Source: Blastocystis sp. subtype 4 (Eukaryota). Taken from it: 44,154 nt of DNA. Numbering within the stretch: position 1 is the stretch's first letter; every line of letters begins with the position of its first letter. Positions 13,734-25,426 of this stretch are shown one piece after another. Made by a program: the position numbers and the translations under genes. The notes under the pieces were generated by a model that saw only the letters and a program-made list of their open reading frames with translations, was not told the origin of the DNA and made no database searches. The DNA lies in contig NW_014569490.1 of NCBI RefSeq assembly GCF_000743755.1, positions 1-44,154 of the forward strand, in the 5' to 3' direction.

Positions 13734-13759
13734 TATTCTTTTTCTGGCAACAAACAATC

Positions 13760-14805
13760 TTATTCTTTTAACTGTGTATTAATAAAATTCACGAAGGATG
13801 TAGAAACACTGTCCTGATCAATATGCTGTTTGGTGATGATTGCTAAGAACTGCTTTCTCCAATTCCTCAATTGAAATAACGTCACTCTCTTGTACAAAAT
13901 CACAAACGAATCAGTCCCAGTAACTTTGAGTTTGCTACCCACAATTCCTCCATTCATTGACTGCTCTCGAATGACATCTTTAACAATCACATCAGTTGTG
14001 TTATTAATGAAGCTAACATAATCCGAACTATTCAGAGATTCTGCCTAGAACATAACTCAGACTAACGGCCCATACAGGTGGATTAATAGCCACATGCTTG
14101 GCTTGGGTCTTTGTAACGGTCAGACTCTCCCAAATTGCATCAAATGGGATTTCTTTGTATATCTCTACTTCTGTAGTACTATTCTTATTCAGACCCAAAA
14201 GAAGTGCCTGAGATGGTGCGTCTCCACTCTCAAAGGCTGAAGTATCTCCAATAGGACAGACACGGAAAAGAGGAGTATCCCATCGGGTGAGAGGAGAAGG
14301 AGGTTCGAAGCGGCAGGCCAAATCAAGAAGTCTAAACTAAAGAGTATGGTCAGTTCCGTACACATCGTGGGTATAATGGTCACATTCCTTGTTGAAAGAT
14401 TCTATGACACTCATCGGAGTATCAACCCACACAACACACCGAGTAGATCGACATCCTCGAGCAATACAGTACATTTCATACCGATATCCTTTAATGAAAT
14501 TCATCGAATCAAGAATCACAAAGTTATCACCACGTAAGACTCTGGATACTTGAGTTTTGATCATTTCGTGTGTGTTCTTTTCGTCAAAAGCAACTATCGA
14601 ATCACACGGCATCCCCTTTCCTCACCTCCATAGGCAGTTTTGGAATCCAGCTTTAATGATTCCACGTTGACAATCGTGGGTTCAAATCCCTTCTTCCGAA
14701 TGTATTCAGCAAGTTGATTGGCAACCCTCGTTTTCCCTGAACATGGTTTTCCACATAGCACAATCAGTGGCCTAACTTATGAACAAGGAAGAACTAGAAA
14801 TACAT
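13760..14805 (-). CDS. KTI12: KTI12 (Elongator-associated, PSTK-like tRNA-binding ATPase)
   Basis: MPLIVLCGKPCSGKT P-loop, VILDSMNFIKGYRYEMYC, RFEPP...RWDTPLF. The ATG is split by intron 14772-14803. Confidence 0.92.
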
Positions 14806-14938
14806 GTCTGATTGGAATGAAAGAACTACAATAGCGAGAAAACTGTTGTTCAAACTATAGAAGTGAATTCAGGATGATTTATTGAATTGCATAAGTCTAT
14901 CTATCTTCTGCTCCATATATCCTAATTGTTTCTGTCCT

Positions 14939-15441
14939 ATGATTGCTAAAGTGTGGAAATCTGTTCCTCTTTGGAAAGGTGTTCGTACCCTTTCTGTATC
15001 CACAAAACCAACACTCTTTGAACAGATTGCAGATAAAACCATTCCATCTGATATTCTATTTGAAGATGATGTAGTATGTAGAGTCTATTGGATACAATGA
15101 TAGTGTTGTGCTTTCCGTGATGTGAATCCTTGTGCTCCTGTTCACTTCCTTGTAGTACCAAAGAAATGTAATAATCTCACACAGTTGAGGAATGTGATAT
15201 ATTTGGATGATTCAATGAACATTAGATGAGAGACGATCAAGAACAACTTGTGGGTCATTTAATGCATGTAGCATCGAAATTAGCAGTTCGAGAGGGATTG
15301 GAAAAGGGGTATAGGATTGTGGTGAATGATGGCAAGGAAGCTTGTGATAATTCATGGATCGTTTGATCTGTAGTACAATCTGTGTTCCATCTCCATATTC
15401 ATGTGATAGGAGGGAAGAAATGCGGCTGGCCACCTGTATAG
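14939..15441 (+). CDS. HINT: HIT-family nucleotide-binding protein (HINT, with mitochondrial-like presequence)
   Basis: TLFEQIADKTIPSDILFEDD, AFRDVNPCAPVHFLVVPK, GYRIVVNDG, QSVFHLHIHVIGG...WPP; three ~30-nt introns. Confidence 0.92.
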
Positions 15442-15459
15442 TTGTGTAACAAATCGATA

Positions 15460-18400
15460 TTAATTCCATTCTTTTTCCAAATCATCCAAATCTAAGTCAT
15501 CCCCATCTCCTTCTAGATCAACATCCCCATCCATGAGTTCATCAAAGTCACTATCAGGTGTATGTCCTGATTCAGTTCTTTGCGCCACTGATTCCTCTGT
15601 TGTCTCTACTACCGTTTCATGCGCCCTTTCTTCCTCTGGAACGTCTCCTTCTGTAGTTTCTCCTTCCACTTCCTCTGCAGCATCTCCACTCACTTCTTCC
15701 GCAACTTCACTCATAACTTGCTCCACAGTACGTAGCTGACTCAGATCCAAACCCTCTCCTTCTAACATTGCACAGTACTTCGGATATTCACACGCAGCCA
15801 CATTCATATGATGCAATGGCTCTAAAGCCTTTTCCAATTCTTGTGCGGCTTCCAGCCCAGGGAAATATGAACCAAAGTCCTTCGGATTCGCAAGCAACTC
15901 AGCAGCAATATGTTTGTGAGACCGCAGATCCTCTTGCCAGGCTTGTAAAGCATCATTCACGAAGGAAGGCAAGTGAGAAAGGGAGAAGAAGGCTGCTTCA
16001 GGCAGTTTCCCGCAATCCTGAAGAAGTTTCAAGCAAGCCTCAGCATCACCAGCTATATAAAGAGCAAGGAAAGCGATATTGAGTTGATCCTGCTGCTGAG
16101 CCTGTTTGGCAACCTCATATAAACCAGTCTTGTCACCAATACATGAGAGGAGTAAGAGAGATAGTGACAGATCACCTGCACTCTGCGCACAGAGTTGAGC
16201 TTCAGCCACTCGTCCTTGTTGAATACACAAATCTGCTAATCGACGCCAGCGCTGAGGATTATAAGCGTTAGAACGATCATCACTAGCTAGCACTCCTTCT
16301 AGTAATTCACGACACATCTAGAGTGAATCCATTCTCAAATCCCCTACATCAATCTGCCCTAATTTCAATGCCAAATCAAAACACAATTCCTTATCCTCTG
16401 CTAATTGCAAAGCTCCTTCTGTGAAACCCTGTTCGTCCAGAAACCTTGCCAAATCGTCATGACGAGAAGGAGCTACTGTGGAGAGCAGAGAGTTTGCTAG
16501 ATCAAAGTCCTGAAGAACCACAGCACACTGATAATCGAGATATGAATGATCAAGGGAATACATGAAGAGATTCGACTATAGTGAATTCTGATCCATTTGG
16601 TTACGCTTGGATCAAGGAAAAATACAGCATTCAGAGAAGGGAGATAGCGAAGCATACGATAGGACGGAGGAACATACGACAGAAAATCATTCTAATCATT
16701 AATCCTTCCCAAGAAACAAACATGAGAACCAATATGTACCAAGAGTTTGGAATTGCTCACAGCAAGATATGCCTCTCTGTACCACAGACCAATACGTGTA
16801 TTCCCAGGGATTTCTCCTACAATTTCAAAGCTACCTTCGATATCAGAGCCTGTAATCATCTCCTCAGTAAAGGCCTCGGGATGATATTGCAGGAGATGAG
16901 TGCAAGAAGCTGTTTGCAGGGCCACATGATGACCTTCATCACTCCAACTCACACCCTAGACATCAGATTGGATTTGTTCCCTCACCTCCACTTGAGCATC
17001 GATCCGTCGCACCAGTTTCCCTGTATCCCAGTCATAGAATGCAAAGAACTCATGATTGCAATCAATACCCAGACAGCTTCCTCCATAGAGACCAGTAATT
17101 CTCACAGACAATTGAATGGTTCGAACTTCCTTGAAATCTTCGAAGAGAGTCAGGATATTCTCGCTCTATCCATATCATCCTCCTTCTAGAACTACAATCT
17201 GAACACAGTATCCATTTCCTCCAGTTCGCCATACTAAATCAATACCCTCACCAAAGGCTTTGCTGCGGAGTTGACGGCTTGTATATACCACATACTCACC
17301 TTCACCTACCACTGCTAAGAAACGACCATTTGGATTATGTGAAAGAATCACAGGAGTGACTTCACAACGACCCAAGTAGAATGAAGGTGTACTCAGTAAC
17401 TCATTCTAAGGATATCTCTTTCTCTGTAAGATTTACACTGACTCCTTTCATTGAGGAATTCCCAAAATCGTTGCGTTTCTCGTCAATGATTCCCAGTTTG
17501 ATATCTTGTCGTACAGACCACACCAATCGACCCTGCACATCCATCGAGGCAGCTGGCCTGTCTCGACCAATCGTATACACACAATAGCCCTCATCATATC
17601 CCAGCACCAACTGGTTGCTGTGAGGAGACAGACCGATCGACCAACAGCGATCGAGTGTAGGCTGCACCAATACACGTTCACGACGGAAGTTCCCACTGTG
17701 GTAGAGAATTACTCGGTTATCTTCTCCAGCAGACAAGATATAAGGGAGACGAGGATGAAAACGCACGGCCGTTACATTGTCTTCATGACCTGTTAAAGTT
17801 TGAATACATGTTTTTGTTTGATAATCCCATACTTTGATAGTCTATGAATGAAAGTAGAAACAGGGAAACTACCAAATCATCACTTCCTGTGATCAAGTAT
17901 GGTTTATCTGTTCCTGGATAGTAATCAAGACAATTAATACCCTTCTGATGCCCAAGCAGACTGTAATTACAATGACTCTGCGAAATCGACCAAATCTACT
18001 TGTCGCCAACTCCACCAACTCCCACCTTCACACTACGATCCAGACTAACAGATGCAAAACTAGTACTATCTTTGGGATTGAACTTAACAGCCATAATGTA
18101 ATAGACATGGCCATCATATTTCTATTCATTAGAAAGATGAGATTTCAAATACTCGAACAAGACTAAAATCATGTTCCCAATCCCATAACTTGATCAACAT
18201 ATCATCTGCACAGGTTAGAAGATAGGGAAGACTTTCATGAACATCCATTCCTCGAATAAAATCATCATGAGCTTTCCATTCTTTTACCTACACGAAATTA
18301 ACTCTTCCTATAGTAGTTTACTTTCTCTCCTGTATTATAGTTGTATACACGGATATTCATATCATCACATCCAAAGACAACCCATTGTTTGCGGGCAACG

Positions 18401-18654
18401 AACTTTCCACAACGAATAGGTTGATAGCCTGGTTCAAAGTGATTCCGGATTTCCTTCTTCTCAATATCAAAAATTATCACTTTTCCAGAGAATAAACAGA
18501 GAAGAGCCCAAGGTTCAGTAGGATGAAAATCGATACACTTGATGCGGTCGCTCTTCTGCAACAATGATAACTAAGATACATAATCATAGAAAACCACTCT
18601 CTACCTGAATTTCAACATTCTAGGAGTTAAATGAAATCATCCAAGACCTACCAT
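15460..18654 (-). CDS. COPB2: Coatomer subunit beta'
   Basis: SDRIKCIDFHPTEPW, CGKFVARKQWVVFGCDDMNIRVYNYNTGEK, LSHNPNGRF...GEGEYVVYT, acidic C-terminal tail. Confidence 0.93.
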
Positions 18655-18948
18655 TGGAGTTTGTATTCAGAATATTGCAAGATATGTTGCAATAGCTCTT
18701 GTTTATGTGAACTATGTTATTGTGAAAAACCGCGGAACTGTTCAATCACTGTTTTCTTGTATCCGTTGTTCAAAGATCACTCTTTTCGTGATTAGATGAC
18801 CAACAAAAAGAGAAGTAAGACAAATGACTCCCATTCGAAAGAAAGGGGTTTCTCTTTTTCGAGTATTTGAAATGATTGTAGATGTAGTGTATTGTTTGTT
18901 AGCAAAGATACTCGATGTTTGTAGCTGGATTCGGGAGACAAATTCAGA

Positions 18949-21900
18949 ATGGGAAGAGATAGGAAGAAGGTAGAAGCTAAATCTCCAACAGAAATACACG
19001 AAAAAGGGCAGGAACCGGTATCAGAATCGTGATTATGTCAGAGTATAGGAAAAGAAGGGAAAAGGGCACCGACAGAAAGGGGCTGGAACTGTTGTTGTTT
19101 CTAAGGGTGAAGTAGGTGATTTGATCATGCTGTGAAACTCAAGATCACAGTGGGCGGAGTTGTGATGAAGGAATGGCAACGAACTCCTGCCCAGCTGGTT
19201 CAGGAGTATTGTCAAAAACAGAAACGTCCCAAACCCCTCTTCAATAACGATCGCGCACCTCCAGGGAAGTTTTGGTATTCCACTATTTTTTCTGGATTAT
19301 GAGATTAGTGTTCGAGTGATTTTGCCGGATCCAAAAAACCGGGAGAAAGATCTCATATTTGCAAGCACAGAATCCTTTCCAGATGCTATTTTGGCAAGAA
19401 ACTGCTCATGTTTGCTAGCATTGCATCACCTTCAACCAACTCTTCCTCTTCATCAGAAGCTTCCTGAGCCCTACAGTTCAATGTGGCTGAAGTTAACCGG
19501 AATGGAAGATAAAATATCGAAGAAAATCGAAGATAAACCTGTATTCACATGTTCATTCTGCAACAAAACATTTGAGAAGGAAATGAGGTAAGGACTGAAA
19601 TTGTGTTCTAATAGATAGTCTCAAAGTACATATGAACAAGGAGCACAAGGGACAGAAAGTCGAATCTCCTCTAACCGAGGAACAAGGTTCTCCGCTTCCT
19701 GAGAGTTCTCCCACTCCGGAGCCTCCTTCTGTACAGTCGTCGCGTCCAATAGCGGATCATCGAAGCAATGAAGATTTGCGGAATGTGGCTCTGGAGACAC
19801 GAAGTCACTTTACTAGCAAATACGAACGGATGATGGCTGAGGAGAAAAGACGTCTGGGTCGTGTCCAAGCCGAAAAGCGTCGGGAGTTACAAGAGCAACT
19901 GCGTAAGCCTCCCACAGTGTTCCTGAGTGAAGCGAATCAACAATTCATCCTGGAGCTCTTGAAGGATCAATCAGAAGAAGTGTCCAAACCCACCTCAACT
20001 CATCAGACAGAGCAGCTATGTGAAGAATTACTTCAGTTGGGCTTTCCTAAGGAGGCTGCTAAGGAGGCTGCTCAAAGATGTAGTACGCTCTCAGCCTGCT
20101 TGGATTGGTGCTGTGTGCATCTTCCTGACCAGCAACTTCCACCTGCCTTCCAAGCTGCTGGCAAGCAACTGGATGTGATTCATGGTCGCAAAGAGAACCG
20201 GAATTCGGCTGTTCGTTTCCTAGTAGATTGCGGGTTCTCTCCTGAGGATGTACAAAGGATCAGTCAATCTACTTCTGACTTGAAGAAATGTCTGAGTGAG
20301 TTAACTGGTCCATTGCTCCATACACACTTCGATGATCCTCCTTCTAAGAGTAATATTGTGGAGACAGAAATCGAGGCTTTAAAAGCCATATTCAATCAAG
20401 ACGACAATACTCCTATCATTCAGCAAATCACTTTCATGAACTGTCCCTTCCTCCGATATCAGTGTACTGTGGATACCAAATCAATCTCTCTATGGATTGC
20501 TTTGTTACCACTCTTCGCTTATCCCAAACGACCTCCTATTGTCTATCTGCACTGTGGTCAGATTCCAGATAAACTTCGACTTGCTTTCACTTGTGTGGTC
20601 TATGAAAGATACACTCAGGACTGTGACGGAGTGTTATATGAAGTGTTGAGTGATGTGGAACAGATCCTACAGGAGGCAACGAAGCTGATCTCGTCTATTC
20701 CTGATCATCTCATTCAAATGCCTTCCTCCACGAACAAGTCTACTCTCAAGCTAATTAAGCCAGTTCCTATGGTATCTGAATCACAATCATTAACTCCATC
20801 CAGATCTCATAAACCAGTTCGCCATATTTCAAAGAATCAGCTATTTGGCAATCCAACTGCCGAAGTAATAGCGCAACGCAAAGCTCTCCCAATTGCCTCA
20901 TATCGAGAGAAGATCCTGAATATGGTAAGAGAGAACCAAGTGTGTCTCTTGAATGGAGGAACAGGATGTGGTAAATCAACCCAGGTCCCTCAATTCTTGT
21001 TGGAGGAGTTCCGAGAGAGTCAAGCCTCGAATCTCAATATCATTGTGTGTGAGCCTCGACGAATCAGTTGTCTAGGATTATATAACCGAGTCATCGAGGA
21101 ACAAGGATATAAAGAAGGAACCTCATGTCCAATAGGATATCAAGTACGAGGAGATTCCAAGTAGAAAAAAGGTTCATTATTCACAAATAGAACAAATTCA
21201 AATACTCTCATTACATATTGTACAACAGGTGTATTATTACGTCAGTTACAAGGAGGAGAACTTGGAGATGTGACTCATATTCTAGTGGATGAGATTCATG
21301 AAAGATCTATTCTTTCGGATTTCCTATTATTCCTCTTAAAAAGACTTCTTCCTTCTCATCGTTCCCTGAAGGTACTTCTTATGTCAGCTACACTGGATCA
21401 AGAACTCTTCTCCAATTATTTTGGAGGTATTCCCTCAGTTACTGTAGAAGGTCGTCTATTCTCTGTACAGGAGAAGTACTTAGAGGATATCGTGTTTGAC
21501 ACTGGCTACAAGCCATCAGGTCTCACACAGTCTCTTACAGACGCCCCATCCCCTGTAGATCGCTCGCAAATCCTCACACAGTGGTGTGATCGTTATCAGG
21601 ACTATGGACTTATTCCTCATCTCATCCAGTATCTCTTTGGGTCTCAGCAGTCCTGGCAAGGGGGTGTAATTCTGGTGTTTCTCTCGGGTGCTGCTGAGAT
21701 CAAAACAGTGAGTCGATTATTGAACGAAGCATTTGAAGCTTCCTCCTTCAGTGTGGAGGTTATTGCTTGTCATGGTTCCCTCTCCACGTCGGAGCAGAAA
21801 CGAGTATTTGAGCGATCCAATGCAGACAAACGACGAGTTGTATTGAGTACAAACATTGCTGAGACCTCTATCACGATTCCTGACTGTACAGTGGTAATTG

Positions 21901-23292
21901 ATACAGGACGTGAGAAGCGAGTTCTGTTCAATTCTGATAGTAACATCACAGAAATGAAAGAAGTCTGGATCTCACGGGCCTCTGCAGAGCAGCGCAGAGG
22001 TCGTGCTGGTCGTGTTCGGAATGGCACTGTCTATCGCCTCTACACGCGAGCCAAATTCGCATCTTTTGAGTGCTACACGCCTCCAGAAATGGTTCGTTCG
22101 CCTCTTGATGCTCTATGTCTACAGACACTACGAATGAGATTGGGAAACCCTTTGAGAGTACTTACTGCTTGTATCACACCTCCTTCTACGGAGAGTATCC
22201 AACGAGCACTTCAAACACTCCAAGAAATCCAGGCTGTGCAAGTTCGGCATGATAATCGTGGGAATGATGTTTATGAATTGACATCATTGGGAAATCATAT
22301 TGCAGACTTGCCCTTGGATTGTCGAATGGCGAAAATGTTAATTTATGGCTGTTTATTGCGTTGTGTGGATGCGGTTGCGACAATTGCAGCATTCTTGTCC
22401 CAACGTACCGTGTTCCGAGCCCCACTGGAGTTGCGAGATGAGATGACTTCACGCAAGCGACTTTTTGCTCATCGCTTAAGCGATCATTTGACATTGCTAC
22501 GTGTATATGATGCATGGAAAGGATCCAAAAACAAGCGGGAGTTTTGTCGTAGTAATTTCATCAATTATGAGTCCATGTTAACGGTAGGAACACTTCGCAA
22601 GCAGTTCCTGGATGAGTTGAAGGTGATTCGTTTCCTCCCACGTACATATCAGGAAGGCGACGTTGCATGGAATCGAAATGGAAGTGAGGAGAATGTGTTG
22701 AAAGGAGCGATCACTGCAGGTCTTTATGCCAATGTGGTGAAAGTAGAGAAGACAAGAATCAAGTTCCATAAAGTAAGAATGAAGTGGAGGATAAGAGATA
22801 GACCATTGAGGGAGGAGCCTTCGAATCCACTCCAGAAGCCAAGGAATATCGGTTATTGATTCATCGAGAAGTGGAGGGTTGTGAGAGAAAGGATGGACTC
22901 ACACGTGTGTTCGTTCACCCATCTTCAATCAATTTCATTGAACGAGAATATCCATTTCCTCTCATGCTCTATGTATAAATGAATGTAAACTGATAATGTA
23001 GACTTCAGTAATGAATACTTCGAAATTGTTTGTCCACGATTTGACTGTGATTCCGCCATATTCCTTACTGCTGTTTGGAGGTAATATTACGATTCAACAT
23101 GTCGAGGGAACGATTACTGTAGATGAGTGGTTAAAGTTCACAGCTCCTGCCCGTGTGGGTGTCTTAGTGCAGCGCTTACGTAGTTATGTGGATGGTCTCT
23201 TGGAAAAGAAATTTGAACAGCCAGAGTTACTGTTAAATGAAGATCCTGTCATGAATGGGGTATGTACTTTGCTAATTTCAAATGGGTTATGA
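18949..23292 (+). CDS. DEAH-box RNA helicase with UBA and RWD domains (DHX57/DHX29-like)
   Basis: GGTGCGKSTQVPQF, DEIH, SAT, STNIAETSITI, QRRGRAGR, HA2 and OB-fold tail. UBA-like LLQLGF...CLDWCC and RWD-like EIEALKAIF...YPKRPP. Confidence 0.88.
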
Positions 23293-23376
23293 CATGTTTG
23301 TGCCTTCGAACGTTTCTCAACAAACATACAACTCACCTATAAAACCTAAGAAACATTCAAAATGCAATTAAGGCCT

Positions 23377-23449
23377 TCAGAAACGATCTCACCATTTCAT
23401 GACCAAATGGTTCATACTAGAGGTGTCAGGTTTTCGATCGGATCATCAT
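23377..23449 (-). ncRNA. Box C/D snoRNA 1 (two LSU rRNA guides)
   Basis: C box ATGATGA (23449-23443), D box CTGA (23380-23377), D' ATGA (23415-23412). Guides are antisense to recalled LSU sequences AAACGATCTCA and CTAGAGGTGTCAG. Confidence 0.8.
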
Positions 23450-23543
23450 ACGGAAAGAATAAACGAAGCAACACTTACCTACATACAGTGAGACAAATTC
23501 AAACCACAATAACAAATCAGTATTAAAAAGCTCTTTAGAACTC

Positions 23544-23618
23544 TCAGGAGTCGAGTCTAAATAGTTCATCCTTTTGCTATTGGAAAATGACTCAGACACA
23601 GCCAAGGAATCTCATCAC
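23544..23618 (-). ncRNA. Box C/D snoRNA 2 (LSU rRNA guides)
   Basis: C box GTGATGA (23618-23612), D' CTGA (23595-23592) with guide to CACAGCCAAGG, D CTGA (23547-23544) with guide to GAGTCGAGT. Confidence 0.82.
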
Positions 23619-23632
23619 TAACTAGAAGAAGA

Positions 23633-23700
23633 TCAGAGACTCTAGTTTGTATAATCACCGTCAACATTAGCTGGATCAGTTCAAAGATGACACTAATTCT
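23633..23700 (-). ncRNA. Box C/D snoRNA 3 (5' end uncertain)
   Basis: D CTGA (23636-23633) preceded by a 12-nt guide to LSU GACTCTAGTTTG; C'-like GTGATTA; canonical C box not identified. Confidence 0.6.
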
Positions 23701-23712
23701 TGTCTTCAGGAT

Positions 23713-23770
23713 TCAGAGAGATTCCCAATTAGTATTGCATCATTCCAGCATCACCGCAACAAGGACTCAT
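23713..23770 (-). ncRNA. Box C/D snoRNA 4 (5' end uncertain)
   Basis: D CTGA (23716-23713) with guide to LSU GAGATTCCCA; C-like ATGATGC and GTGATGC at 23737-23754. Confidence 0.6.
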
Positions 23771-23773
23771 GCT

Positions 23774-23827
23774 TCAGATTTGCTTAAGTTTCATGGTTCA
23801 CTCAAAGGTGTCCTAAGTTCCAATCAC
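23774..23827 (-). ncRNA. Box C/D snoRNA 5
   Basis: C-like GTGATTG (23827-23821), D' TTGA (23805-23802) with a 12-nt guide to LSU AGGTGTCCTAAG, D CTGA (23777-23774). Confidence 0.62.
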
Positions 23828-24014
23828 TAGCAGAGAACAACAACCAGACCCACAAACTTACCTTCTACACAAAACAACAAAGAAAAAGTGGGAGGTCATG
23901 AGAGAAACTGGAGATTCATACGAGATTGCTCTTGACTTCCATGAATCACGGAACAGATGAAACGTCTAATGTTGGGATCCCAACAAACAACCAAAACAGA
24001 TAGATATGATACAA

Positions 24015-25331
24015 TTACTGCATAGGGCAACTTGGGACATCCTGGTCGTCATCACTACTCTCCTGTGATACATCGCCCTACTAGTTACTTCCTCCATCAA
24101 AAACAAACCATTGGTTTCTGATACCCTGGAACGCTATTTCCAAACTCCACATTCCCTAGATCCTGTAGAACATAGTTATCTGACTGCTCAGGAAGTTGAC
24201 AAGGAGGTATGTTGAAAGCATGCCTCAAAACCTCCACTTGTTGAGGATTCAGCTGTTCAGGAAAATCCACATCGAAGATAATGAAGAGAGAACCCTTCTG
24301 CACACCACTGTTGCTAACAGGCATTCCTTCACCAGGAATCATCTTGGTCGTACCAGGCTACCCGTCAATCCTTCTTACTTCTCTTACCTTCACCACCTCT
24401 CCTGGTTTACAGCACACAGTAACAGCTCGTCCATCCAGATGTGTAAACGTTCGCATGAACCCACATAGTGCCTCGCCAACTGACACTCGCATATGCATCA
24501 GGAGATCGGCGCCATCTCGCTGGAAAACGGGATGTGGTCTCTCCTGAACCACTAGCAAAACATCCCCGGCAGCAAGTCCAGGTGATTCATCAGCTGCACC
24601 ACAGAGTCGAATGACACTGCCTGTGACCATGCCTCGTTCAAGGTAAAAACTCATTTGTTTACTCTCCGAAACCATACGGCTTCCGTGACAGACTGGACAT
24701 TGCTTGGTTTCATCGATAAAAGCGCCTCCACCTCGACAGGCATCACATGTCATATCCATATAACGCGTAAAAAGAATACTTGGTACCTCCACTTGAAGAG
24801 ACCCACTCCCACCACACTTAGTACAGACAGTCATATATCCGGGACCTCCGCCTGCACCATTGCATGTTTTACACACAACTTTGTGTGTAATTTTCATATT
24901 GATCCGTTTACCCTTGTAAAGATCTTCAAGGGAACAGACAATCTTCTGTCGAACATTCTTCGTTTGTTTCCTATAAGACTGGTCCTTTTTACTTTCATTT
25001 CTACCAGACAAGAGGGCTTCTTCGCCATATTGATCATATAATTGCCGTTTCTCCGGGTTCGACAATACTTCATAGGCAGTATTAATCTCCTGAAACTACA
25101 ATAAGAGTCTCACAATGGATCTACCTTGGCACTATCCCCTCCCTTATCTGGATGATTCTGTTTGGCTAGTAACCGATATGCTCTGCGAATCTGGGACTCA
25201 TCCGCGTTGCTATCAACGCCTAAAATGTTGTACAGACGATGATTATCCACCGTCCCACTTGGCTGTGAAAACGGACGGCCAAAATCATCTCTATGCATTC
25301 CACCAAAATCAAAGAATTGATCGAAAAACAT
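24015..25331 (-). CDS. Type I DnaJ/Hsp40 (Ydj1/DNAJA-like) with CaaX
   Basis: J domain HPDKGGD, four CxxCxGxG-type zinc repeats, C-terminal CPMQ*, TGTTTGTT at 23982-23989 (minus strand). Confidence 0.9.
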
Positions 25332-25426
25332 AGACAATTTGCGCTTTCAGAGAAGACAAAACTAACCAAAAAGCTTCGATTTTTGACCTTCTAGAACAAT
25401 TACTTTCGTATTTGAGTTGGATAGGA

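Larger units (their letters stand above)
23331..23900 (-). ncRNA. Putative non-coding snoRNA host transcript (5' end uncertain)
   Basis: No long ORF. Minus-strand GTAAGT donors at 23861 and 23478, YAG acceptors at 23479 and 23346, and an exact TGTTTGTT at 23319-23326 not attached to any CDS. Confidence 0.65.
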
